Below, piece by piece: positions 46,493 through 56,330 of a stretch of 64,000 nucleotides of DNA. The stretch covers positions 2,976,001-3,040,000 of the forward strand of contig OX337231.1 in NCBI GenBank assembly GCA_946965045.2, read 5' to 3'. The notes beneath the pieces are model-generated. The model made no database searches, was not told where the DNA came from, and saw only the letters and a program-made list of their open reading frames with translations. A program made the translations under genes and the position numbers. This DNA is from Epithemia pelagica. Lineage: Eukaryota > Protista > Bacillariophyta. Numbering within the stretch: position 1 is the stretch's first letter; each line of letters begins with the position of its first letter.

Positions 46493-46676
46493 AAATAGTG
46501 GCCTTAGTACAATCAGTTGTTCTTACTATCGCAATCATGCAATGAAACGTGTCCGTGTGAAAAATTCCAGCTGTCTAGAGACTGTGGCATGTCTGTCACA
46601 TGTTTGGAGTTGGGCGGGCGGTAGTGAGGACTCGACATCAACATTAGCTTCTTTGTTGACGTCTTCAAGTCCCTCT

Positions 46677-47660
46677 CTAACTGAAGAGATCCTTTGTGAC
46701 GCTGTCGTTACCTCCCAACAATGCGTCAAGAGAATCTTCCATATCCTCGTCGTCATCATCATCATCATCATCGTCGTCCATATCTTCGTCGTCAATGTCG
46801 TCATCATCGTCCATATCTTCGTCCGTGACTTCAGCATCTTCAGTCAGAGATGCCTTTGAAGAAGCACGCATTTCAAGTTGCTCCTTCTTTTTCAGTTTCT
46901 TGGCACGGTCTTCAGCTCGTCGTTCATCACTGACTGCCTTCATGACTTCCGGTCGAGGTGACAAAATCACAGCCAAGTTCCGTCCCTCCCGTTTGGGCCT
47001 GCCTTCACGAAGTGCCGTCTCTGTTAAATCAGCTCCTAATTTGTCCAGCAAATCATACCCTAAATTGTCGTGCTGCACTTCTCGGCCACGAAACACGACG
47101 GTACATTTGACGCGATTGCCCTGGCGAAGAAATTTGTCAGCATTCTTTTTGCGCACTTCGTAATCGTGAACATCAATCTTATACGACATTTTCACTTCCT
47201 TGATTTCCGTGGCCTTGGAATTCTTCCTGATTTCCTTTGCCTTTTTTGTTTGCGAATATCGGTACTTGGAGTAGTCCACAATTTTGCAGACAGGGGGATC
47301 GGATTTGTCGTTGATTAGGATCAGATCAAGATCACCCAACTCTTTGGCCTTCAACAATGCATCCTCGCGAGTCATAATGCCAAAACTTTCATCCTTACCA
47401 GCAGCGCCAGATGCAATCACACGCAGTTCAGGAGATTGGATACCTTCATTCATAACAGGTTTGTTTTCCTTCACTGGGGGTGGTCGCCTGCGGGCTTGTC
47501 GAGCCATGTACAACGTCGTCGTCGGTGATACATGCTGTTGTTGTGGATGTGTTCTGAAAAGTGAACGCTCTGATATCGGCCGAATTATTTGAAATCCATC
47601 ACCTTCGAGAGTATATCCAAGGAGGAAGAATAAGGACGCTATTACTCTCAATGGAACCAT
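46677..47660 (-). CDS. infC: Plastid translation initiation factor IF-3 (nucleus-encoded)
   Basis: Signal peptide + DG-F cleavage motif from ATG 47660; DLILIND, PPVCKIVDYSK, KEVKMSYKID, KFLRQGNRVK; acidic tail. Confidence 0.92.
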   Translation of the reverse strand: MVPLRVIASLFFLLGYTLEGDGFQIIRPISERSLFRTHPQQQHVSPTTTLYMARQARRRPPPVKENKPVMNEGIQSPELRVIASGAAGKDESFGIMTREDALLKAKELGDLDLILINDKSDPPVCKIVDYSKYRYSQTKKAKEIRKNSKATEIKEVKMSYKIDVHDYEVRKKNADKFLRQGNRVKCTVVFRGREVQHDNLGYDLLDKLGADLTETALREGRPKREGRNLAVILSPRPEVMKAVSDERRAEDRAKKLKKKEQLEMRASSKASLTEDAEVTDEDMDDDDDIDDEDMDDDDDDDDDDEDMEDSLDALLGGNDSVTKDLFS

Positions 47661-48767
47661 GGTAAAGACAATGGATGATTGATTGTTCTTTGGCTCCTGA
47701 TTCTTTGGTCGACAGAGGCAACGAGCACTGACGCACAACCCTCTGGACTCAATGGATGCTGCAGTCCCACGGGTTCCATCAGTCTGGCTGACGAATGACG
47801 GACGCCATTTCGCTATGGTATCTATGTCCATGTCGGGGGACTGGGGATCTATCCTTCAAGTGGCAGTGTGGTTGTATGGATTGTTTGTTCCGACGCAAAC
47901 GTCGAGTGATTGCTAAAATGTGATATCATCAGTTAGAGCAACATGTTCGGTGACCGGAACAGATAGACGATACGACGCCAGCTGGTTGAGACTCTCACGG
48001 GACGATTCAGATTCTTGAGGCATCTTCTTCGAACACAATTTTCTTTCCTTCCACTTTAGAGAAAAACCAGCGCGATTTTTCAGCGCTCTGTAGACGTTTC
48101 CCCTAGCTTTAGACCGCCTTTCAACGCGAAATATAGGTCCTCGCAAATGAGACGTCGAAGTTTTCCTAGTGTTTCGAAATTGACCTGATCAACTTCCTTC
48201 TCAACAGTCTTAATATCCCGCAGCTCAATCCCCAACTCCGTCTATTTTGCGTTTGATCTTTGCTTTAGCTTCGTCCTCCACCATGGCGCTTTGTTTACGG
48301 ATACTGGTTCGACTCTTTGCGGCGCATGATAGAACATAGAACTCCCTCTACCCTCTAGCTCTACTAGCGGTGATCGTGATCGGTTTCGGTTGGGATTTTT
48401 GGTAAAATTTAGAGTAAATCTATATCTGCGACTGGATACATTCAAGGCAATATCAGTACTATTCCATGGATACAAGATCGCTGAGTCAGATCCAAAATCA
48501 CCCACCACAATTTGTCCACTGGAACAATGTAGAAGCATTCCACTTGGGTCAGACGCATAAACAAGTCGAGAAATTGTTCTACTGCGATCACAGATGCTTC
48601 CGTATCCGCCCCATTCGAATGATGCAATGTTCCAAATGAGCTGTCTCGAACTTCTTGAACCTTCATTGGTCTTCACGTCCTCAACAATGCGATGACATCG
48701 AACTTGGCACATGAGGACTCATAATCAGGAGCCTTCACCAATCTAACAACATCGACAATCAAGTACA

Positions 48768-50220
48768 ATGACTTTAACAACTGTCGTCGGAAGCTCTGGC
48801 TCGGGGAAGACTACCTTTTTGAACGATGTATACAAGAGTAACAAATGCATTTACATTCGCCAGTATCACACCATGCGGCCGTACATTCCGGTCTCCAAGA
48901 TCCCAAATTTTGATCCAACCAAATTGCCGTACTGGAGCATCTACGAAGGCGAAGAGAAGACAAGACCATCAAGGTTGGCGGAACCATGGCCGGAAACTTC
49001 ACGGCTGGTTTGTCGGGTGGACAACGCAAGTTGCTATTGTTTGAATTGATTTATCAACGAACTGCCGACCAATCCGAGCTCTTAATTGCTCTGGATGAAC
49101 CCTTTGCAGGTGTCACGGATGACTTTGATCCATTCATCGTCGAGCGATTGAATGAAATGCGCAAGAAGCACAACATTATTTTGGTCACCAACGATCACGT
49201 CGATACATTGACCAAAATGGCCGATAACACCATCACTGTTTCGGCGCTGGACCGTACCATCGTCAAGGTCAATGACAAGGAAGGCGTCGATCGCCGGCGA
49301 TCCATCTTTGCTCTGTCGATTGGAGACGACTGTGATTTCCAGACGTCTGACGAAGACCTAAATTCTTCTTGGACGTCGAACTGTTTTCCGATCAATCCTT
49401 GGTCGGTATCGCAATGTTTTCCATCTTCTGCTTAGGGTTATTCTTGTTGACATTCTGGGATTCGTCCGAAGACCAAGTGTCACTGGTGCTTGTTGCTGAG
49501 AGTCTTATTGCCTTCTTTTGTGTAAACCCCTATTTGCTTTCATTGGTCGAATGGAGAAATGCAATGGAGGAAGAGGCAGAAGCGTTGATGCACTCCTCCA
49601 AGTCGATGAACGGAGCACTCAAGTCTCTCATGACGGTCTTGATTGCCCTCATTCTGTCCTTCGCCGAGTGTGGTGTTGTTGTTGCGGTCGTGGACGGCTT
49701 GTCCCACATCAAGTTTTGGTTGGGTGTGTTTTTGGACAGTGCGTCCATGACATTCCCTCTTGTCTGCTTGGGTATTTACACACACATGGATTTTCAGTCT
49801 GTCGAAATCTTGGGTACGCTTCCGTTCTTGCTCATGATTTTTCTAAGTACCACCTTTAGTCCCGGCTCTGGAGTGGAAGGTATCAAGGAGCTTCGATACT
49901 TGTTTTCTCGTTTTTATCTCTGGTGCATGGTCCCTGACGTAGCAGACGACATGGAAGGATGTCCAGAAGATGAAGGATTGAACATTTTGTACATGATTGT
50001 GGCTTCCTTGGTCCCTGTCTTTTTGTTTTTGGTGGCCCAAACTATTGCCGTTGTGCGACACAGAGGCAAAGAATCCGAAAAGGCTCGACTGAAGGAAAGT
50101 ATGATGGATGCCAAATTTGCCGATTTGCAACTAAGTCTGTATGGAGAGCGAGCACTGAGACAACTCAACCACTTGAGTTCCACTGCTCATTCTAAGGCCT
50201 CGGCTGAAGAACAAGTGTAA
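48768..50220 (+). pseudogene. ABC transporter (NBD + TMD) split by two -1 frameshifts
   Basis: Walker A GSSGSGKT in one frame; signature LSGGQ and Walker B IALDEP in a second; TM domain in a third. Shifts near 48958 and 49360. Confidence 0.8.
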
Positions 50221-50391
50221 AATAATAGTCTAGCGATATCATTGCAAAATCTGTACATCAACCAACGTGTTCAAGTTTATGGTAAAGTGGGTTGATACTC
50301 CTAGTTGATAGAGGAGTTGATATCTTTGATATGGCCTACCTCCACGCACATATGGCTAGTATTTTCGCTCAACAGATACTCCTATATTACA

Positions 50392-51174
50392 TAGTAGAAT
50401 TCTTTCAAACTCATGGGGGATAATGCTCGGTAGAGCAGACAATCAGGTAGGTCACCAACCGATAGTAGTATCTCCACGGGTCAGAGATACAACCAAGTTG
50501 TAGTCTATCAAAAGGATAGTCGGGACACAAAAGAGGATGTGATAAATGGTGATATTGTTAGATTGTGAGCTTTAGGACTACGGTGTGTGTTTTGATGTGC
50601 AGGTCTGGCCAGGGTGCATGACTGATATATTCATGGCGCTGACAGGACTGGTCTGGTTGGAGTAGACATGGATATTGTGTATTGGAAGTATATGCACTTG
50701 TATATCATATACCAATGCCAACAGCTCTTGCTTTGTTGTGATATAGGTAGTTTTCTTGGCGCGTTGCTGATTGCATTTTTGGAACTGTGGGAATGGAAAT
50801 ATGGTCTCGCGTGATCTCGAATCGTGCTTCGATTACTTAGGCCGTTGAGCTAAGTCGTGGAGATGCGCACTCGGATAGTAGTTGCGCGCGCTTGAGAATA
50901 TTGGGCGCGCACGTGTAGGGCCATAGTTAATTTCCGAGCGGTTGTTGATAATGCGCGCATTGCGAGCATGCCATGGCCGAAATTAAAGGTCTGCGAGCAT
51001 GTCGTCATTCTGTTCTCACTTTTCATGAAATGCGAAGGAATATAGGTCGATATAGCGCCAGCTAGGGAACATAGGACGGAGATGGGCGGCATAGATGGTG
51101 CTTCGAAGCCTCGGGACTCGGCTAACCGATGAGATGCCGGATCTAACCAATGGATAACGGTGAGAATCCTACTA
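50392..51174 (-). repeat. 3' LTR (783 bp)
   Basis: Differs from the other LTR by one 11-bp indel and about five substitutions seen by eye. Confidence 0.95.
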
Positions 51175-51187
51175 CTCCCCACAACTC
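51175..51187 (-). other. Polypurine tract GAGTTGTGGGGAG
   Basis: Purine-rich run immediately 5' of the 3' LTR on the element's sense strand. Confidence 0.75.
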
Positions 51188-51189
51188 GT

Positions 51190-51390
51190 TGGTTCAGCCT
51201 TGTCATCGTTGGATTTGTTGAGTTCTTGTACTTCTCCACTCCAGAATAACAATGGCTTGAGTAGGGGTCAGATGGTTGCAAATTCCCAATGCTTGCTAAG
51301 GATGTCAGCAGGGTTGGTCTCCCCATCCTTCCAATAGAATACAACATACTTTGCTGCGATGGCTTCTTGTACTCGGTGATACGACAGAAG
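51190..51390 (-). pseudogene. RNase H C-terminal remnant
   Basis: A different frame reads LLSYHRVQEAIAAKYVVFYWKDGETNPADILSKHWEFATI*PLLKPLLFW, a copia RNase H end with a stop at a probable Trp position. Confidence 0.8.
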
Positions 51391-52715
51391 CTTCCATTAT
51401 GTGTTGTATGCTGGAATGTATCAACGATAACGTCTTCAGATTGCCGATCAAAGAATGGACAGAACTTCTCCCAGTCATATGCTTCCTGGTAATGACGGTG
51501 GACAGAGGCATGAAGGGTAATAGGATCATTACCATTTGCATCAGCATATACAGAGAAGAATGATGTTTTGTCAGGTCCATGGTCATACGGCAAATCCAAA
51601 AGAAGATTGAGATTGCAGACAACACGATCTTTGTACTCCCCATAATTGTCATATGGATAGTTCGCCATGCTACCATCAGTGTTGACTTGTTGCCAAGAAG
51701 TAGAAGCAGGGTCATGCGATGGGTCAGAATGTGAATGATCCAAAACACCAGGATCCCATGTATCAGGTGATGTGAAGATGATCTGAGGTAACGTCTCCAT
51801 GTCATCATCACTGGGGATACCTAAGGAGTGAATGTATGCTAGTCCCTCTTTGATGTGCAGAGACATAGCACGGCCATCAAGTGTTGTGATGCATTGTTTT
51901 CCGTCAACTTTAACGGATCGTTCATCAACAGCATGTCCGAAGTGCTCGAATTGTCCAGGAGCATGGATCGATTGTCCTTTTCCGTGGAATGCATATTCAT
52001 TGAAGATGCCAATAATGGGTCCATCATTGGTTTCAAACTTAGCGGCACATGTGACAATAGGAGTCTCAGTAAGCTCATGATTGTCGATACCCATAATGGA
52101 TATATGACGACCAGTCTTAGAAAGGATGCGCATGTCAGAACCAGCAAGTCCTCCATTAGCACCACGGTCAACCAATTGGTTTCCTGGGAGAGTCGATTTC
52201 CTGGAAGACAGATAGTGCAGTATGTGTCCTTCCTGTTTATGCATATTGGCCTTGAGGCTAACCTTTTTGCTTGTTTTTGACTTGGCGTTGGATAGAACAC
52301 TGGTCGAGTCAGACGCTGGATGATTGATGTCAGTCGTCATGGCTTGGTTGATGAATTGTGTAACTGTATCTGACTCATCTTGATGCTCGGAAGTCGCACC
52401 AAGTGAAGCGTTTTTAGAAACAGCTTCTTGACTGGGGTCAGGATCAGGTTCCGGATCAATGTCGAGGGCATGCGTCTGCACTTTCCTTGGCGTTGTTGAT
52501 GATGGTGCATGAATCATCTTGTTGTACTCAATGATCAACTTGCGGTCTTCTTCAGAAAGTTTGAACCATAGGTCACGCGGCAGACTAACCTTAGATGAAG
52601 AGGATGGAGAGTCAGATGTCACGTTAGTGTTGTGAACATGATACTCCATATCATCTTGTGGGGTTAAGTCAGCATCTGTATCTTGGCCGTATTGTGAATC
52701 ATGTTGTTTGACATG
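51390..52715 (-). pseudogene. Gag C-terminus/aspartic protease region, truncated by an internal deletion
   Basis: In frame with gag after the TGA. LVDRGANGGLAGSD protease motif. No integrase or RT motifs follow; sequence joins the RNase H tail near 51390. Confidence 0.8.
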
Positions 52716-53903
52716 TCAACGGCGACTATGTGCAGATGACTGGGTTGCTTGATCATGGTCATTAGCTGCGTCTAGAAGGAGACGGAAGTATGATTGATAG
52801 CAAAGGGATTTTGCACCGGATTTTGTGTTCACCACATTGTCCAAGATCTTGACTCGGCGGAGATCAGGTACCTTTTCTACAGCTTGCATGAGGAAAGTCA
52901 TCCTGGTATGATCAGGGATGCGATCAGACAATGTCACAAGATTGTCTAGCAAACGTAGCTGCTCTTGAAAGTGTAGAAGAAATTGACGTGTTGTTCCGCG
53001 CCATGTGTCATCAAGACGTAGATTGGAAATGTAGTTGGTTAAACGTAGGACTTCTCGTTTTGCGAGATCAGATTCGGTATGTAATGAATGTAACTTCTTC
53101 AATACGGCACGCGCATCTTCATCATGTTCATGTTCACGTACATAGGCTCGACCTTGGTCAGTCTGGATAATAGGGACAAGAACGGAGTAAAGAAATACTT
53201 GTTGCTCTTGGAATAGTTCTTCAGCATACTCATCATCTTTGGGAGGTGTGTACTTGAAATTCAGAACGTTGGATAGGCCTTGTGCCTTAGCTGTAGTCTT
53301 GAATACACACCAGAATGAATTGTAGTATCGTTCATCCTTGAATACCTCATATGCAGTTGTGTCACGCTTAGTTCCCTTTCTGAACGCCGTTAGGTCTTGT
53401 TGAGATTGGGATGCGGCAGTAACTGTGCTGACAGATTTTGCAGATGACCGCGACTTCATTGGCGAGACTGGGACTTGGCTAGGTTGTCCATTAGAGAAAT
53501 TTGTATTGATCCTCCAAATGTTGAACTCTTTCCTCGTTAGGTTCATCCAGTCGCTATTGGATAGCTCATCTTGAATTTCATTGGTCTTGTGTATGGCCCA
53601 ATACGCTAAGAGCTTGATCTGTTGTCTTGTAGGACCTTGCAGATCATGCGTCTTGTTGTTGACCTTGTATTGGGTTAGTTTGTTCATGGATTCCTCAGTA
53701 TTGGTTTGCATGTACGAGATTACATGAGTGATGTTCTCAAAACCATGGTATTTCATCCACTTCATTAAATAGTCAGCTCTTTCTTTGGTAAAGTATTGAC
53801 AGACAGTATATATGATGTGGCCGAATAAGTCTGTGTTCGAGACATTGTCTTGGTTATCTTCTCCCTTAGGAGTCGTAGGTGTCTTGGGTGGTTGAGGATC
53901 CAT
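52716..53903 (-). CDS. gag: Gag polyprotein of the copia element
   Basis: 395-aa ORF with a diatom copia-type gag core (FRKGTKRD...TAKAQGLSNVL...TDQGRAYVREHE); ends at an in-frame TGA. Confidence 0.85.
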   Translation of the reverse strand: MDPQPPKTPTTPKGEDNQDNVSNTDLFGHIIYTVCQYFTKERADYLMKWMKYHGFENITHVISYMQTNTEESMNKLTQYKVNNKTHDLQGPTRQQIKLLAYWAIHKTNEIQDELSNSDWMNLTRKEFNIWRINTNFSNGQPSQVPVSPMKSRSSAKSVSTVTAASQSQQDLTAFRKGTKRDTTAYEVFKDERYYNSFWCVFKTTAKAQGLSNVLNFKYTPPKDDEYAEELFQEQQVFLYSVLVPIIQTDQGRAYVREHEHDEDARAVLKKLHSLHTESDLAKREVLRLTNYISNLRLDDTWRGTTRQFLLHFQEQLRLLDNLVTLSDRIPDHTRMTFLMQAVEKVPDLRRVKILDNVVNTKSGAKSLCYQSYFRLLLDAANDHDQATQSSAHSRR

Positions 53904-54390
53904 GGTAGTACTTGATTGGTTTTATTTAATGTTTGGTGTGATATGAACCCGGATGTACCACGTATTGGCCACGTATAAAGTACCCGGATGTGTGTTGTGA
54001 TGTCCAAAAGGTAACCCGGATGTGCGGAACTCAGTTTTGTCTCTGGTTTGGTGTGAAAACGACTAAAGATACTTATTCTTGGTCACTTCCAGACTCGTTG
54101 CGGTGATCGAGTTGAACCGGGGAGTCAGGAACAGTGGCAGCTTGCTCGTCTTGCTGGTGGTCCTCAACAAAGTGGTTCACTGGTCAGGTATGGGGAAGGT
54201 AGTTGCACGTTGTCCTGGTGCAGCTTGAGGTCCTGGAATAGGAGAGGGTTGGTGACCCTAGCCTTAGCCAGGCTGGCCCTGTTGTTGGGTTGGGTAGCTT
54301 TGTCCTCTAACTCTTGTTTGTTGGGGTATCTCAATCTGTAGTGGGTGTTGATGGGTAAGTAAGGTTCCAAATGCAACTGCAGGGAAATAA

Positions 54391-54408
54391 GCAGTGAGAC
54401 TGTTAATC
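54391..54408 (-). other. Primer-binding site GATTAACAGTCTCACTGC adjoining the 5' LTR
   Basis: The + strand reads GTGAGA-CT-GTT-AA-TC, a tRNA anticodon arm with GTT (Asn) anticodon, directly abutting the LTR. Confidence 0.7.
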
Positions 54409-55180
54409 TAGTAGAATTCTTTCAAACTCATGGGGGATAATGCTCGGTAGAGCAGACAATCAGGTAGGTCACCAACCGATAGTAGTATCTCCACGGGTCA
54501 GAGATACAACCAAGTCGTAGTCTATCAAAAGGATAGTCGGGACACAAAAGAGGATGTGATAAATGGTGATATTGTTAGATTGTGAGCTTTAGGACTACGG
54601 TGTGTGTTTTGATGTGCAGGTCTGGCCAGGGTGCATGACTGATATATTCATGGCGCTGACAGGACTGGTCTGGTTGGAGTAGACATGGATATTGTGTATT
54701 GGAAGTATATGCACTTGTATATCATATACCAATGCCAACAGCTCTTGCTTTGTTGTGATATAGGTAGTTTTCTTGGCGCGTTGCTGATTGCATTTTTGGA
54801 ATTGTGGGAATGGAAATATGGTCTCGCGTGATCTCGAATCGTGCTTCGATTACTTAGGCTGTTGAGCTAAGTCGTGGAGATGCGCACTCGGATAGTAGTT
54901 GCGCGCGCTTGAGAATATTGGGCGCGCACGTGTAGGGCCATAGTTAATTTCCGAGCGGTTGTTGATAATGCGCGCATTGCGAGCATGCCATGGCCGAAAT
55001 TAAAGGTCCGCGAGCATGTCGTCACTTTTCATGAAATGCGAAGGAATATAGGTCGATATAGCGCCAGCTAGGGAACATAGGACGGAGATGGGCGGCATAG
55101 ATGGTGCTTCGAAGCCTCGGGACTCGGCTGACCGATGAGATGCCGGATCTAACCAATGGATAACGGTGAGAATCCTACTA
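54409..55180 (-). repeat. 5' LTR (772 bp)
   Basis: Direct repeat of 50392..51174. Ends TAGTAGAATTCT...AGAATCCTACTA on the + strand (11/12 terminal inverted repeat). Confidence 0.95.
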
Positions 55181-56330
55181 TTACATGACAGATGATCCAA
55201 AGGATTTGAGAAAACTAAGGCCTCTACAGCATGATTTGAGTATGTTGAAGAGTTTTATGTACCTAGCTCAACTGCTTGGATAGATCCCATCGCAATGAAA
55301 ATGACCAACAAACAAGTGGATAGATTTGAGACAGTGTCTCCTGGTTGAGTTCAAAGTCATACGAGACCGATGCAAAGTGCAAAGCTCTGTGTGTCTCGTG
55401 TCTTGGTGGCCCATGAGGGTCTTTTTGGTTTCTATTATTTGTCGGCCCATCCGAATCATTTCCATGTGGAAAGTCTGTGTTCTTTGATCTTTGTTTAGTA
55501 CCTTTTCTGAACTCGGATCAGCGGGAGTTCCGTCGTTCCTCCACGCCAATTCGCAACAAAATGTGAGGGCAATAGTCATTCTACTTAGGTGCAGCATTTC
55601 GCGGGGACAAATTGGGCCAGTCATTTTGCAAACAGCTTCGAGCCGAATCGGGTTTGATCGATGGGCTTTAATCCGTCGATGCATGTGAATGGTTATTCTT
55701 TATTCTCCTCAAACTGGAGCAAAAAGACACCGGATGATTGCAAAATTCAACTTTGTGTGACCCCCATAATTGGAATACCCAACCATTTACCTAAATAAGT
55801 GAATAAAGGAGATACCATTTTCGGAATTTCATAGGTAGGTAAGGTCATCCCCTGTCGAATTTCAGTCATTATCAGTAGCTCTGAGAAGTAGTTGATTCAA
55901 CTAAACCATTCAACTCATGAAAGGATACACCCCAGTGCTCTGATATGATCGGGATCATTGAGTTTTCGAACGGGAGAAGTTTTTGACAATTGAATGGGCC
56001 TTCCGGTGGTGGCATTTATTCATCCCCCAAGCCCCAAGAGGGAAGAACCAGGGACTGTGTACTGTGTACTCGCTGTCTCTTTCGCTTCCGTTCTCGGCTG
56101 TTGGTGACGCGAAGGTCCAAAAGACAAGAGGCAATTTTGAAAAACCTAGAGCAAGGGAAACGAGGAGACAACAAACGCGTTGCGAATTGCGACAACAAGG
56201 AACAACCTGTATTGGGAAACGGGACAACACAATACGCTAGAGGTGCTGATTTCTAAGGAACGCGTCCTTCTCATCCAAGCTTTGCCCCAACAACACAACC
56301 AAAACACCGGTTCTCCAGAGACAACGCAAC

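Larger units (their letters stand above)
50392..55180 (-). mobile_element. Ty1/copia LTR retrotransposon (CoDi-like), internally deleted and non-autonomous
   Basis: Two near-identical LTRs, 5-bp TSD TTACA (50387-50391 and 55181-55185), PBS, PPT, gag, protease and an RNase H C-terminal remnant. Confidence 0.95.

Noticed and set aside
47900-48720. ORFs 48242..48712 and 48442..48666
   Set aside because: No motifs recognised in any frame.
54401-54408. Canonical TG start (TGTTAATC) for the LTR
   Set aside because: These bases are absent from the other LTR copy, and the TTACA duplication fixes the ends at TA...TA.
54391-54412. Possible tRNA-Asn gene
   Set aside because: Only the anticodon arm is present, with no acceptor stem, D-arm or T-arm. 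Its position at the LTR edge fits a primer-binding site.
55200-56250. ORF 55268..55684 and neighbours as a transposase remnant
   Set aside because: No catalytic or zinc-finger motif, and no terminal repeats found.
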